Source: Azolla caroliniana (lineage: Eukaryota > Plantae > Polypodiophyta). From it: a DNA stretch of 64,000 nucleotides. Made by a program: the position numbers and the translations under genes. This document shows, piece after piece, positions 38,091 to 50,100 of the stretch. The notes beneath the pieces are model-generated. The model was not told where the DNA came from. It searched no databases and saw only the letters and a list, made by a program, of their open reading frames with translations. Numbering within the stretch: the first letter of the stretch is position 1; every line of letters begins with the position of its first letter. The stretch lies in contig JBHGNT010000015.1 of the NCBI GenBank assembly GCA_043228905.1, positions 4,278,001 through 4,342,000 of the forward strand, in the 5' to 3' direction.

Positions 38091-41000
38091 CGTGTGGCCC
38101 ATGTGACAAAAAACACACTTAGGATGACCTTATGGAATTGTAACGGCACACTCTGGACACACCCCGGCCGCCTAGAGGGGATATTAAAGGAATCAGATAT
38201 AGTTTGCCTAGTAGAAACACACCAATGCCCAAATAGGGGACTCCCACGAGTCGAAGGATTTCGTTGGGAGTCGGCTTTTAGACAAACCTCACGTCGATGC
38301 ACTACCAGAGGATCTGGAGGTGTCGCAATATTGTTTCGGAGGGAGCTACATAATAGGATAGAAATACTGAGCACAGACCCAAAAGCTCGTTTTATGTGGG
38401 TGAAAGTCTCCACAAGCAAGGACAAGGCAGTAATTTTCGCCATTTGTTACTTCCCCCCGAAAGGCTCTCGTTATAATCTGGCTGGCGAGGCGAGATTAGT
38501 TGATGACGGAGTGCCACATGGGCCTTCCCCATATGAACCTCTATCGGATGACATAATCCGATATTCTTCCCAAGGCGAAGTATTCCTTGTAGGAGACTTT
38601 AATGCGAGAACCCAATCCCGACAATGCACAATATTTCAAATGAATAGAAACCTAGAAATGGTAAATGTCGATCCTTCAGACATAGACACCACACGTAGAT
38701 CAAAGGATCAAGGTGCAGATGCCACGAGCTTTGGCCATCATTTGCTCGAACTCGGTAGTCGGCACCAGATGGTCATATATAATGGTTTAGCCAAGTGGCC
38801 AGGTTCGGAAGAGCTCACATGTTTCCCACATGGAGGAGGGGAAAGCACAGTCGATTATCTAATAGGATGCCCTGAAGCTACCCACATGATTAACTCCTTC
38901 CGAGTGGCCCCATGTCCTATTGGCGCGGACCATAGTTTCTTATACTTCGAGATAAAATGCGATATCTCTAACGTCACCAACTCTAGTCAACCACGCCATG
39001 ACATCACAATACATTTCACACATGAGCTCTCTGACATATATGCTCGACATGTTCAAGCCCATCTCTCCTCCCTTGATCCCTCCCTACCTTTAGAGAGCCT
39101 TAGTACGAAACTCACACACATCCTTCATTCTGCAGTGGTTAGCAGTTTCCCATACACGAAACACTCCAATTAAGGTAAAGTAGGATCTATGCCACAAAAT
39201 AGATGGTATGATGAGGATTGTAGGTGCTTACATCAACAACTTACAATATCGCAACTCAGTGGTAGTATTACCTCAGTACAAGCTCGTAAAGAAATGCGCA
39301 AGATGACACGTCGTAAGAGACGAGCATGGGAGGCATCCCAATATTGGGAACTCTACCACATGCTCATGAGTAGCGATTGTGCCACTGCATGGAAGAGATT
39401 ACGGGAACCAAGACCACAAACACCCATCGAAGATCCCGAAACTTGGCACACTTATACAGAGAGACTTTACCACATCCCAAACCAACCACCCATTCCAATG
39501 CCTTCTACACCCCGACCTACTGTGGGGACACTCTTCACGACCTCTAGGGTCACGAAGGTCATAAAGAAATTATAACATAGGAAGTCCATGGACCACATAG
39601 GATTGCGAGCAGAACACATCATATACGCGAGAGAGTGCCTAGCTCCCTTGCTAACTCTAATCTTCAATCGTGCCCCTACAGAGGGTTTTCCATCACAATG
39701 GACCATGAACACAGTGGCCCCCATACATAAGGGGGGGGACCCCATGGACCCAAATACTTATAGGACCATTATGATAGGTCATACCCTTGCTAAATTATAT
39801 GGTGCAGTAATGGAGGCAGAGCTTAGCGAGTATATGGAGACCTTAAATCTTCGTGCACCTGAACAGGCTGGCTTTAGACGAGCCTTCTCCACTATTGACC
39901 ATATCTTCACACTTAGATGCTTAATTGACCAGACTAAGGCTCGCAAGAAGAAACTATATTGTTGTTTTGTGGACTTCCACAAAGCCTTTGACACGGTCCC
40001 TAGAGAGCGGTTGTTTGATAGGCTTAAGAGCTTGAGGATACCAGATGACATGGTTTGGGCCATCTACGCACTATATGAACAAGTGTCCGGGTGTGTTCGA
40101 TGCCCAGGCGGCATATCCGATAGTTTCACTAGCACTATTGGTGTAAAACAAGGTTGCCCCTTATCTCCGACTCTTTTTGGGATCTACATTGATGAGATCA
40201 CAGATTTTATTGCTCGTAAGGGAGGCAATGGAGTAGTCCTTGGGGATACGCAAGTGCGTATCTTGCTCTATGCAGACGACATAGTTTTGCTCTCTGAATC
40301 CGAACACGACCTACAAAGGCACCTTAATGCCTTAGATGACTTTTGCACACAACGAGGATTGGTAGTGAATCTAGGGAAAACTAAAGTCCTTATCTTCCAC
40401 ACGTGGGCCCAAGTTAGAGCTAAGTGTCACCTAACTATCTCCCATAGCCCAGTTGAGGTGGTTGGATCATATGTCTATCTCGGAGTCACTTTCAGTGCCC
40501 GCTCAGGTAAATTTTCGATGACACAAGTAGCGAAGGATAGACTTACAAGAGGACATGCATCCCTCTCACTCCTCGAGAGACAATGCCACCAAGCATACTT
40601 CCAAGAGCCACGAAGTAAAGGGTGGCTCTTTGACTCATTAGTGACTCCCTCTCTCATGTATGCATCAACGGTTTGGGCCCCAGGACTACCATCTTTCATG
40701 TGGACGCAATTAGAGAGACCATTGGTGATGATGTTATCACGCCAACTCCGAAGCAAATCGTCGGTCCCACATGACATTATTAGGGCTGAGTTCACTCTAC
40801 CCCCTATGTAGTAGAAGCACTTTTTCAACTGGTAGTCTTTATACACAGGATACATAACCAACCACTTGATAGAATATCCCACCAAGCCTTTAAGGCTTCT
40901 CGAGCACTGTATGAGTCCGGCTATACTAGCTCATGGTATGGCATGATGGTGAGTTGGCTTCTTGCCAACGGTCTAGACATTACTAACCTCCCCCCCCTTA

Positions 41001-42011
41001 AGTACGACCACACGACTGATAACACTTTAATCTCTCATGAGGACTGTAATAAAGTAATACGCCAAGAAATATGGCAAATTTATACTCGGTATAAATGGAT
41101 CACCCCACTAGAGCCACTCCCATCTAAAATGTCGTACTATAAGGAACACTTTATGCACTTCTCTGAGTTAGGTTTTATCACGCGCCCAAAATATCTAGAT
41201 GTATTCTTACCACATGCACTAAGGGTTGCCATTGGTCAACTTAGAATATCATCTCACCAACTTGAGATTGAGAATGGACGTACTAATGGAGTCCCTAGGG
41301 AGGAAAGGATATGTAGGTTATGCCACATAGAGATAGAGGATGAGTACCATTTTACATGCAAATGCCCCACCTATGCCGAGAGAAGGGCAAAATACCAAGA
41401 CATACTTGGTTCCTCTCCCACCCTCCCTAAACTATTAGATACAATAGATATGAAGAAATTAGGTAGATACATCTTAGAATTGAAACAACACAGAGAGAAT
41501 AAATTACAAAACGTTGATAATAATGTTGCTAATGTTTACCAACATATAACAAATGAAGTTTTTCAGGAACAGGGGGAGACAATGAATGTCGACACACCTG
41601 CACCACTCGGACTTCTCCTTGATGAAGCAGAAAATCAAAGAAGAACCAAACGCCCTCGGATGCCGGGTTTCAAAGCAACTCGACGAGATGTAGAAGCAAT
41701 AAAGAAAATAAGGGAACGTGAACTACACCGCCTAGAAGCCATGGCTAGGGCACTCTATGCATCGGGACCATGGGTCACACCCACACCAAAAACTTTTGAC
41801 CTCCCACTTCTTTTTGAGAAACTTGGGTGGAAATGAGATTAGGCTTAGTGCAAAGTTTTGTACACTACTAGAACTTTCTTAGCTTAAGCTATTTTCTTTT
41901 ATTTTTAGTTTTGATGATTGGATAAACACTCATTTTTGTTGTAACCTATTTGTCTCATGGGCCAAATTTGGCCTTAGAAGATGTTAATATATCTTTCTTT
42001 CTTTCTTTCTT

Positions 42012-42017
<6 letters not shown>
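38091..42017 (+). mobile_element. 5'-truncated LINE (APE endonuclease, RT, C-terminal CCHC), RTEX-like, with (CTTT)n tail
   Basis: WNCNG, CLVET, VGDFNAR, STVDY, ADH (APE); QAGFR, FVDFHKAFDTV, GVKQGCPLSP, LLYADD (RT); LRISSHQLEIENGR...CRLC...EDEYHF..C. Breaks at 39171, 39573 and ~40810. Absent from the sister LTR at 56109. Confidence 0.92.
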
Positions 42018-42054
<37 letters not shown>

Positions 42055-43521
42055 CACACACATAACTCACATCTCTTCCGCTTTACAAGAATCATATCCG
42101 ATTCTTTACATGGTATCAAAGCGATTTGGTAGCTCGATCTAGCCCATTCGCCTCATCGTGATCGTGTGTTGTGCTCTACGCCGATGACCAAGAACCGGCT
42201 CATCTCTATCGTAGCTTCGCTACATAGCTCGCATTCGAAGAGAGAAGAAGAAGAAGAAGAATCGACATAATGAATACTCAAATGGGGAGCGCTCTCCCTA
42301 CTGAGAAGTTGGATCGAAACAACTTCGCATCTTGGGAGTACAAGATGCACCAATACCTTGTCGGACAAGGATATTGGAGCTACATCAAAGGAGCGCATGA
42401 AGACCGACCCGCCGAAGCGGCTCCCGGATACGCAACATGGGTGCAAGCCACAAGCCGCGTGATGTATTGCTTGGCGACATGTGTTCACGATCACATGCTC
42501 GGCTACATTCGCGAAGCCAAGACTCCGAAGGAGGCATGGGAAAATCTACGAAAGATTTTCGCGGCAAACACAACCGCAAGACGGCTTCAACTCCGCCAAG
42601 AGTTGAACAACATTGAACAAAGGGACATGTCCATTACGACATACACCTCGAAGATCAAGGAGCTTTGTGATTCACTCGGCTCAAGAAGCGTAAATATCGA
42701 TGATGATACGATGTTTCAAATATGCCTCGGCGGCCTCGCACAATGGTTCGGCGTGATGCAAACCGCCGTTCTAGCACGAGAGAAATCTCCCTCCTTCTTC
42801 GAGCTCCAATCAATGCTATTGGTTGAAGAAAACCACGTGTGCACAAGGAGCAATGAGTCGGAAGGCCACATGCTCTACACGCAGTCGAACAGAGGAAGAG
42901 GACACAGATGGTCGAGAGGCCGATTCAGCCAAGGACAAGGCGGACGAGGTCCGACCTACAAATACTCAAATGGGCAAAATGGAAGCCAACGAGGAACCTT
43001 TGCAAGAAGGGGGAGCTTCCACTCCGGCCCGAACCGTCAAAACGCAACCGAATGTGGATATTGTGGAAAGCTCGGCCAACACGAAGAAGAGTGCCGAAAG
43101 AAGATGCGTGAATCGCATCAAGAATGGTTCCGAGAACTTCGAGAGCCGGACCGACCCGGTTATAACACGTTCGCGTTCACAAGTGGAAGGATCGCGCATA
43201 AATGGAAGGATAAGGGAAATTTTAGGGGTTTTTCAATGATTTTACAAAACACATTGATACCAGTATCATACATGTTCAAACATACTATGAAAAAGGTTAA
43301 AAATCCACTATTTTCGTGATTTAGAAGTAACTAAAAAAAGACGAATTTCAAAAAGATACATTCTCAATTTATATCACAAACTTTACAACCAATGTTATTT
43401 TATAAGAAACGATTTTTTAGAAATCATAAGAATTCAAAACACATGATTTTATATTACTCGATTTGTTACAAGCGGAATGTAGTTACACTTAATAGCCAAA
43501 TATACATTCATGATCACTCCT

Positions 43522-46303
43522 TTACGGAGAATCACTACTATAACTAATATACAATGACGATTCCTCCTCATCATCCTCGGATGTACCAATCAGTGCATTA
43601 TCTTCGTCAGAAACCAAATGGTTTGACTCTAGATTATATGTAGCAGATCTCGTTTTCCTTTGACTCGAGCCACCTTGTAGACCTGGTAATTTTTCTTTTA
43701 TTATATCTATTGTTGACTTCCTTAATCGTCCGGCTTTTGTAAGTGTGAAGTCGTACACGATGATATCCACATCAGAGATATCAAGGGTCGAGGTGTTACG
43801 AATGTTTTGCTTGCTCTTCCTACCTCCCCTTCTTGTTTGGCATTCAATCATCTCCAATGTATACTTACCTGTAAAAGCATTTGCACTTCTAGTGTTGTAC
43901 CAATGAACATTTATAGACTTGATCGTGTTTTCTATTTCATGCATTAGCACTTCTAGAATTTTACCAACCCAAAATTGGTGGCCATGTGAGTTCTCATCAG
44001 CCGGCGTTGCAATCAACATCCCCGCGGTGAGCTCTTGCAAATTTCCTTGCCATCTAGCTTCGGCTGCTTTGGTCATCCTTGGTCCCACATAAATGTCTCT
44101 TTGTTGTGGATGGACCAAGCTGTCATTAATCGCATTTACTAGTTGCTCCGGACTTCTATTTACGCGATCATGTTGCAGCGACCATGTGAATGGCGTTTCC
44201 AAATTCCAATTATCAATAGATACACAATTGTCTATAATTTCTTTTTGATCACTATAAAATACATCCCACCATGACGTGTCTTGTTGTGCGGCATATTTCT
44301 TGGCGGCCTCAATATGCTTTCTTTTTTTCTTCTAAGGCTTGGAGCCATGACCGTTTTTGTTCTGATACCAAGTCGCTCTGCAACTGTCCTTTCTTCTCAA
44401 TTGGCATTTGCTTAGTTCCATGGACAATTGTACTCGGCATACAAAGTAATAACTGGCAACCACCTTCAGGTTCCCATGTTGTAGAAGATGAATATTGTTT
44501 AGCATACAAAAGTGTAGAACCACTTATTCCATTTTTCTTTATCATAAAAATGTGATTGAAACTTATATTGTTTAACTGAGCAAGCACTTTAACATTCCCA
44601 CCACCCCCATCTAATATATATCTCTTAAAGTCATATACCTCCTTCAAGTGTAACACTTTTGGGCGTGGTGTATAAGCATCACAAATGACATCAAATAGTT
44701 TAGGTAAAGTGAAAGCATCATGCCGAGACAACTGTCTGGAGAATGTGCTAAACATCTGATCTATATGGTCATGTGTGTGGCCAACCAAAAGGAAATTGAC
44801 TTTCACTTTCGTAAACAATTCTAGGTTGACCAACATACTTAGATAGCCAAATACAGTTGAATTTTTGTTCTCTCTAGCAATATTGTCCAATTGAATGTAT
44901 AGAACAGGGGGGAAAGGTTGTCCCCAAGACATCAAAACTCGGTGAATCACTGTAACTGTTAGGTTAGGGTCATTGTGAACATTGGGCTAAGTAATGAAGA
45001 CGTGAGGTCGAACAGACCTATTATAAGCCAAGCATCCCACCAAGTGCATTTGAACAAGGCACTCATCATTGACATCTTTGGGGAGCCTCCGCATATGCGG
45101 CAAGCATGTCTTCTTCAGGTCCATGCCATCTATCATTAAGCACATGTATTGTTCGGGCCTCTTCAAACACTTCTCTCTATGATGCATCACCTTCCTTCGT
45201 TCTAAGGATTGTGCCTCACGATGCTCTTGTAGTAACTTCTTACTCGTATCCTTTTCCATTGATGTCTTTGCACCTTTAGCCAAACTTTTAAGATTTGCAC
45301 AAATGGAGCAATACCCCATACGTACTTTACGAGGAATAATAACATTTGAAAACCGAGCTCTCCATAATCTTGTGAATTGGCTATAGGTGATAGACTTATT
45401 ACGTGAGCCCAACATATCAGATCGATAGACATCATAAACTTCCCGACGTGTATAATTATCAGAAAGATGCATCCTACCTGTAGTGGGCATTACTTCACAA
45501 TTTAACTGAAAGTAAGTTTTCATCCAGCCAATAGCATGTCTTCCAATTGCCCCTTTCATACTTGGAACCTCTTTACAATTGAGCATCTGATCCCCGCTAA
45601 GTAGACGTTGTTGTACTCTATGTAGCCGCATGTTACTAACACATAATGCAATTTTCAATGCAACTCTACATATCTGTTGCGCATGGAAGATATAATACTC
45701 GAATGATACTTTGATCCCCGTACATTTGTCAGATACTAGTTGCATATGTGACCCGAGGTAAGTGTCTTGCTCATCACCGGTCATCGAAAAATAGTATCGC
45801 CTTAATTCTCGCAACTTTGATTTTCCAATCATAGACATACAACCACGGGCACAACATATTTTTTTGACATCAAATCCAATCTGTTTATCTGATGTCACCA
45901 AGCTAAATCTAGACAGACGAATTCTTCGTGGGATTCTTCTAATATGCATAGGGCTCCCAGATTTCTCTTCCTGCATAGAGGTTGGTGTAACCTTGTTACA
46001 GTCTAATTCTCTGTTGTGACCATCGCCAATGTTATTCAATGTTTCCTGGGCACTTCCTTCATTCTTGGTATCTTTATTAATATCGTATTCTTCAATAGAG
46101 AACTCTTCACATGTGTCATTATTTACATTCCCTGTAGATGAGCTCAGACAATATTCTTCGATAGAATATGGTGAGTCGGTCGACAAACAATATTCTTCAA
46201 TCGAATATGGTGACTCTATTGACAAACAATACTCTTCAGTAGAAAACGATGGGTCTGATGACAAACAATATTCTTCAATCGAGAACGGTGAATCTTCACT
46301 CAT
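43522..46303 (-). pseudogene. Transposase (~925 aa, DDD-type RNase H fold, Sola-like) with one in-frame stop (44987-44989) and one frameshift in an A-run (~44320)
   Basis: LMIDGMD, LYIQLDNIARENKN and FLLVGHTHDHIDQMFS catalytic motifs; Cys motifs CC.RGC, ICR, YCSIC; the three ORFs join into one intronless reading frame. Confidence 0.85.
46139..46294 (-). repeat. Four 39-bp (13-aa) tandem repeats at the transposase N-terminus
   Basis: DSPFSIEEYCLSS / DPSFSTEEYCLSI / ESPYSIEEYCLST / DSPYSIEEYCLSS. Confidence 0.9.
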
Positions 46304-47127
46304 GGCTTAAGGTCTAGATAGGGCTCTCTAAGTTATGTGCTTAGGGTAAGGAAAAAAACTAATAAGCTCCTCTCTAAACATAAACTTCTCTCTAAACAAA
46401 AGTCAAATCAATAGAATATCTATATTATGTAATATTCTATTAATACAATACATCAAAAATTATTTTTAATAAAGTAATTGTACTTAAAATATCAATTATT
46501 ATATAAACTAGATCTATATGAAGTTAAATCAAGTAAAATATAAAACTAATCATTAACAAGCCATGAATATGTTGGATTAATGTTAAAATCATTGGCTAAT
46601 TAATGGCACCCATTTTGATATAGAACGTCTCACTCATTGGTTCTTTAATGCTCACCATTTTAAATATTAGACTTATCAATCATTGATTAATTCATGCCAA
46701 CATCTTTAATACATAGCATTTGAGAGTCATAAAAATTGTTGCTTTTAGTAATCAATCATTGGTACATTCATGAACCTCTATCATTGTCTCCTTTATAACC
46801 TTTGAAGTCATTGTAGGTTGTTATGACTATAAAAGATTGATCAATATGTTAGTTTGACTTTGTAATCATTAATACAATCATAAGTTACTCTAGTTAATGT
46901 GACTATGGTTACCAACTAACTATCCTCAAAGTTACCAACCTTGGTTAAGGTGACTATGGTTACTTTAACCAATGTTGTCAATCCCTATAACTAGGAAGAC
47001 CTCGTCATATTTCACTCACAAGAGCGTACAGAGCGTACAGAGCACACAGAACGTAGAGAGCACACAAAGCACACAAAGCACAAAGCACGAAAGCGCGATC
47101 TCCGCCTCCACTTCCACACGATCAACC

Positions 47128-50100
47128 ATGTCTTCAAAGAGAATTGAGCGCGAGGACTCCAGGTAGGCCTCTGACACTGTGGACATTTTTGTAAATATGT
47201 TTCGTCGCTCAAGAACTCGATACGCCGTATCGAGTTCATGTATACAATACAAACTTTATACATGAACTCGATACGGCGTATCGAGTTCATAATTTGTTTT
47301 TGCTTTTTAAACGGGAACTCGATACGGCGTATCGAGTTCCTGTTTAAAACCTAAACATTAAACAGGAACTCGATACGCCGTATCGAGTTCCCGTTTAAAA
47401 CCTAAACTCTAAACACGAACTCGATACGCCGTATCGAGTTCCTATTTAAAATCCAAACTTTAAATACGAACTCAATACGCCGTATCGAGTTCGTATTTAA
47501 AGTGTAGGTTTTAAACGAGAACTCGGGTAGGTTTTAAACAAAAACTCGATACGCCGTATCGAGTTCCCGTTTAAAACCTACACTTTAAACGGGAACTCGA
47601 TACGGCGTATCGAGTTCGTGTTTAAAGTTTGGATTTTAAACAGGAACTCGATACGGCGTATCGAGTTCCCGTTTAAAAAGCAAAGAAAGCCCGTTTAAAG
47701 TTTAGGAATTAAACAGGAACTCGATACGCCGTATCGAGTTCCTGTATAAAAGAAGGCTCTGAGAGAGAAAAATTGTGTTTTTGGGGTAACAAATAATTAT
47801 GGGGTGGAAAAGATATCAAATTGTCTAGCAAAATCAGTCTTTTTTATGTTGACTTTCCTTACTTTTAAAGAAAAACATGCTCTAATTATAGGTGTTTTAT
47901 GACCTACTTTAGCTTAAAATAGTAGAAAATGATCCACAAATTGCCTTTACGATAGCAAATTCTCCTCAATACAGGTTTGGAATCTATATAAGTCATACCT
48001 ACTATTTAAAAGAATATATAACCCTGTTTACTTATTACGATATATATTTTCTAGGTTGAATAGCCCTGCCTATAATAGATTTTTGAATATAGGACTGCTA
48101 GTGGGAACTGTTCTTCATGTTAATATACAACCTTAATCTACGTGACTACCTAACTTATGTTTTTGCATACACTTTCTTAAATAGGTCGTTTGAGAACCTG
48201 TCGGACCGACCCGTGAAGAAAATAAAGCTTCGCATACAAGGTTCTCCAATCGAAGCCCAAACCAAGGTAGCTCCAGAGACCATGAAGAGAGGAAAAAAGC
48301 TTCTCTTTAACGAAGAGACAAAATCTCAGCCACATAGTGATGTTAGCCAAAAGAAACTTGTCGCCGCTACTGGAGGTGAAGACCTTCCTGACCGAGATCT
48401 AACGGACAAGGAATGGTGTATGCAATATATCGACTCAAAGAAAAAAGTCGTATTGTATACAGCAAAGAAGAAGGGTGAGGGGGCAGCTTGGAAAGGAAAC
48501 CCCATTTATGTATGGCTGTATTCTACGATTTGACTATGAAGATGCAGATTCGGCCAACATACTAGTAATGATAGAGTGCTCCAAGGGGGTACGTAAAGTG
48601 TTCCTTTCAGAAGACCTTTTAGTAAAGGAATCTTGTGGGCTAGAAGCGTTCAAAAAAGCACTTGATAGCTCACAAAACCTTATTGTTACCTTGAGGCCTT
48701 ATATACAAGGACATGTAACTCTAAGAGATGAAGTGCCCTCCCCATTGAAGGCCACAAAAAGGGTATCCAAAGTCTAGTCAAGACCACCAAAGAAGAAGAC
48801 AACCAAAATGTCCGATACGGATTCAACAAGTGAAAACGAAGAGGAGGATAATAAGGGGACGCCAGGAGCTGAGTTGGCCTCAGGTGTTTTGTCATCCGAG
48901 TAGAATAAGATAAGGAGAGAGTTAATGCAACGGAAACTGGTCAGGAAAGGGCAAGTGTTTAATTTGCCTATAACACACATCCATCGGCCCCCTATTGATG
49001 AAAAAACAGGTCGACGACCACTTGAGATTAGAGAGCCACACCGCATGCATGTTCAAAATCTCAAGAAAAAAATGAAAATTAATCCTCATGCCACTGTGGT
49101 GCCTTTTATTGTTATGGTAGATCCTGAAGAATGTGAAACCATTGAAGATTTTGATATTAGAAAGCATGATCAATATAATTATTTTGTCATTGGTGGATCA
49201 CATTCAGCAGAGGCACGTTGGCAACTTGTGAGAGAACATCCAACAACTTTCTTCTTCAAGTATGCCGAGTGCAAAATTTATGTTGGGCTCACAACCGAAG
49301 AGGCTAAGCTGTTGGCATGGGACCATAATAATGATAATGACTATAGGCAGAAAATGTCGTCCATTGAGCGTATACGGTTCTTCCACCACGATTATTTAGA
49401 CGTGAAACAAAAGTTTGGTGTGAAGTTACATCCAGGCCTTCAATGTCAATGTCTGCATGAAGTCGGCATTGTGGTAGATGATAATGTTAGGTCCGATGGT
49501 CTTCGAAAGTATGAGTCTTGGTTTCAATTGGCGTTTAGAGATGGAGAAGTATGGGACCTACAAGATCAAATCTTCTCAATGTGGGAGAATAAGGAGGTAA
49601 AGGGTCAACGACAAAAGAAATGTAGGGTTGACCCTCAACTAGAGTTAAAGTCACAAGCCGCCAAGAAAATTGACTTGACAATTGAAGAAGCGGCAGACGA
49701 CATGAAGCTGTCTCTATGGAGAGCGATGCAAGGTATTAAGGACGAGCAGCGTCTTGTGTCGGTTTTGTCAAGGGTTGTGGCGAAAGATTTAAGCCTTGAA
49801 GAAATGGTCACTGAGTTCAATAAGTAAGTCTTTCAAATACTGAAATTGTAGTCTATCTGGTGTAATTCAAAGTTCTAATCTTGATTTCTAATTTTACAGT
49901 CATAAGGTGTACATGAAGATCCAAGAAGTTATGATGAAACAACTTGGATGTATAACTTGGGAACAAGTGACCGAGGATTATCCTCTAACGTCTTCGTATA
50001 AGGCATTATGAGAGTATTTTATTGCATTCAAGGATTGGGTTAGTATTCATGGTTTTTCATTACCCTTTCATCATATGTAGAGCTTGTATAATAATACCTG

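Noticed and set aside
42270-43319. 349-aa ORF as an intact gene
   Set aside because: It is copia gag with an internal deletion reading through into the transposon's left TIR.
47213-47741. CRISPR array (palindromic repeats with constant-length spacers)
   Set aside because: Spacers are related to each other and AT-rich rather than unique, there are no cas genes, and the array lies in a spliceosomal intron in eukaryotic DNA.
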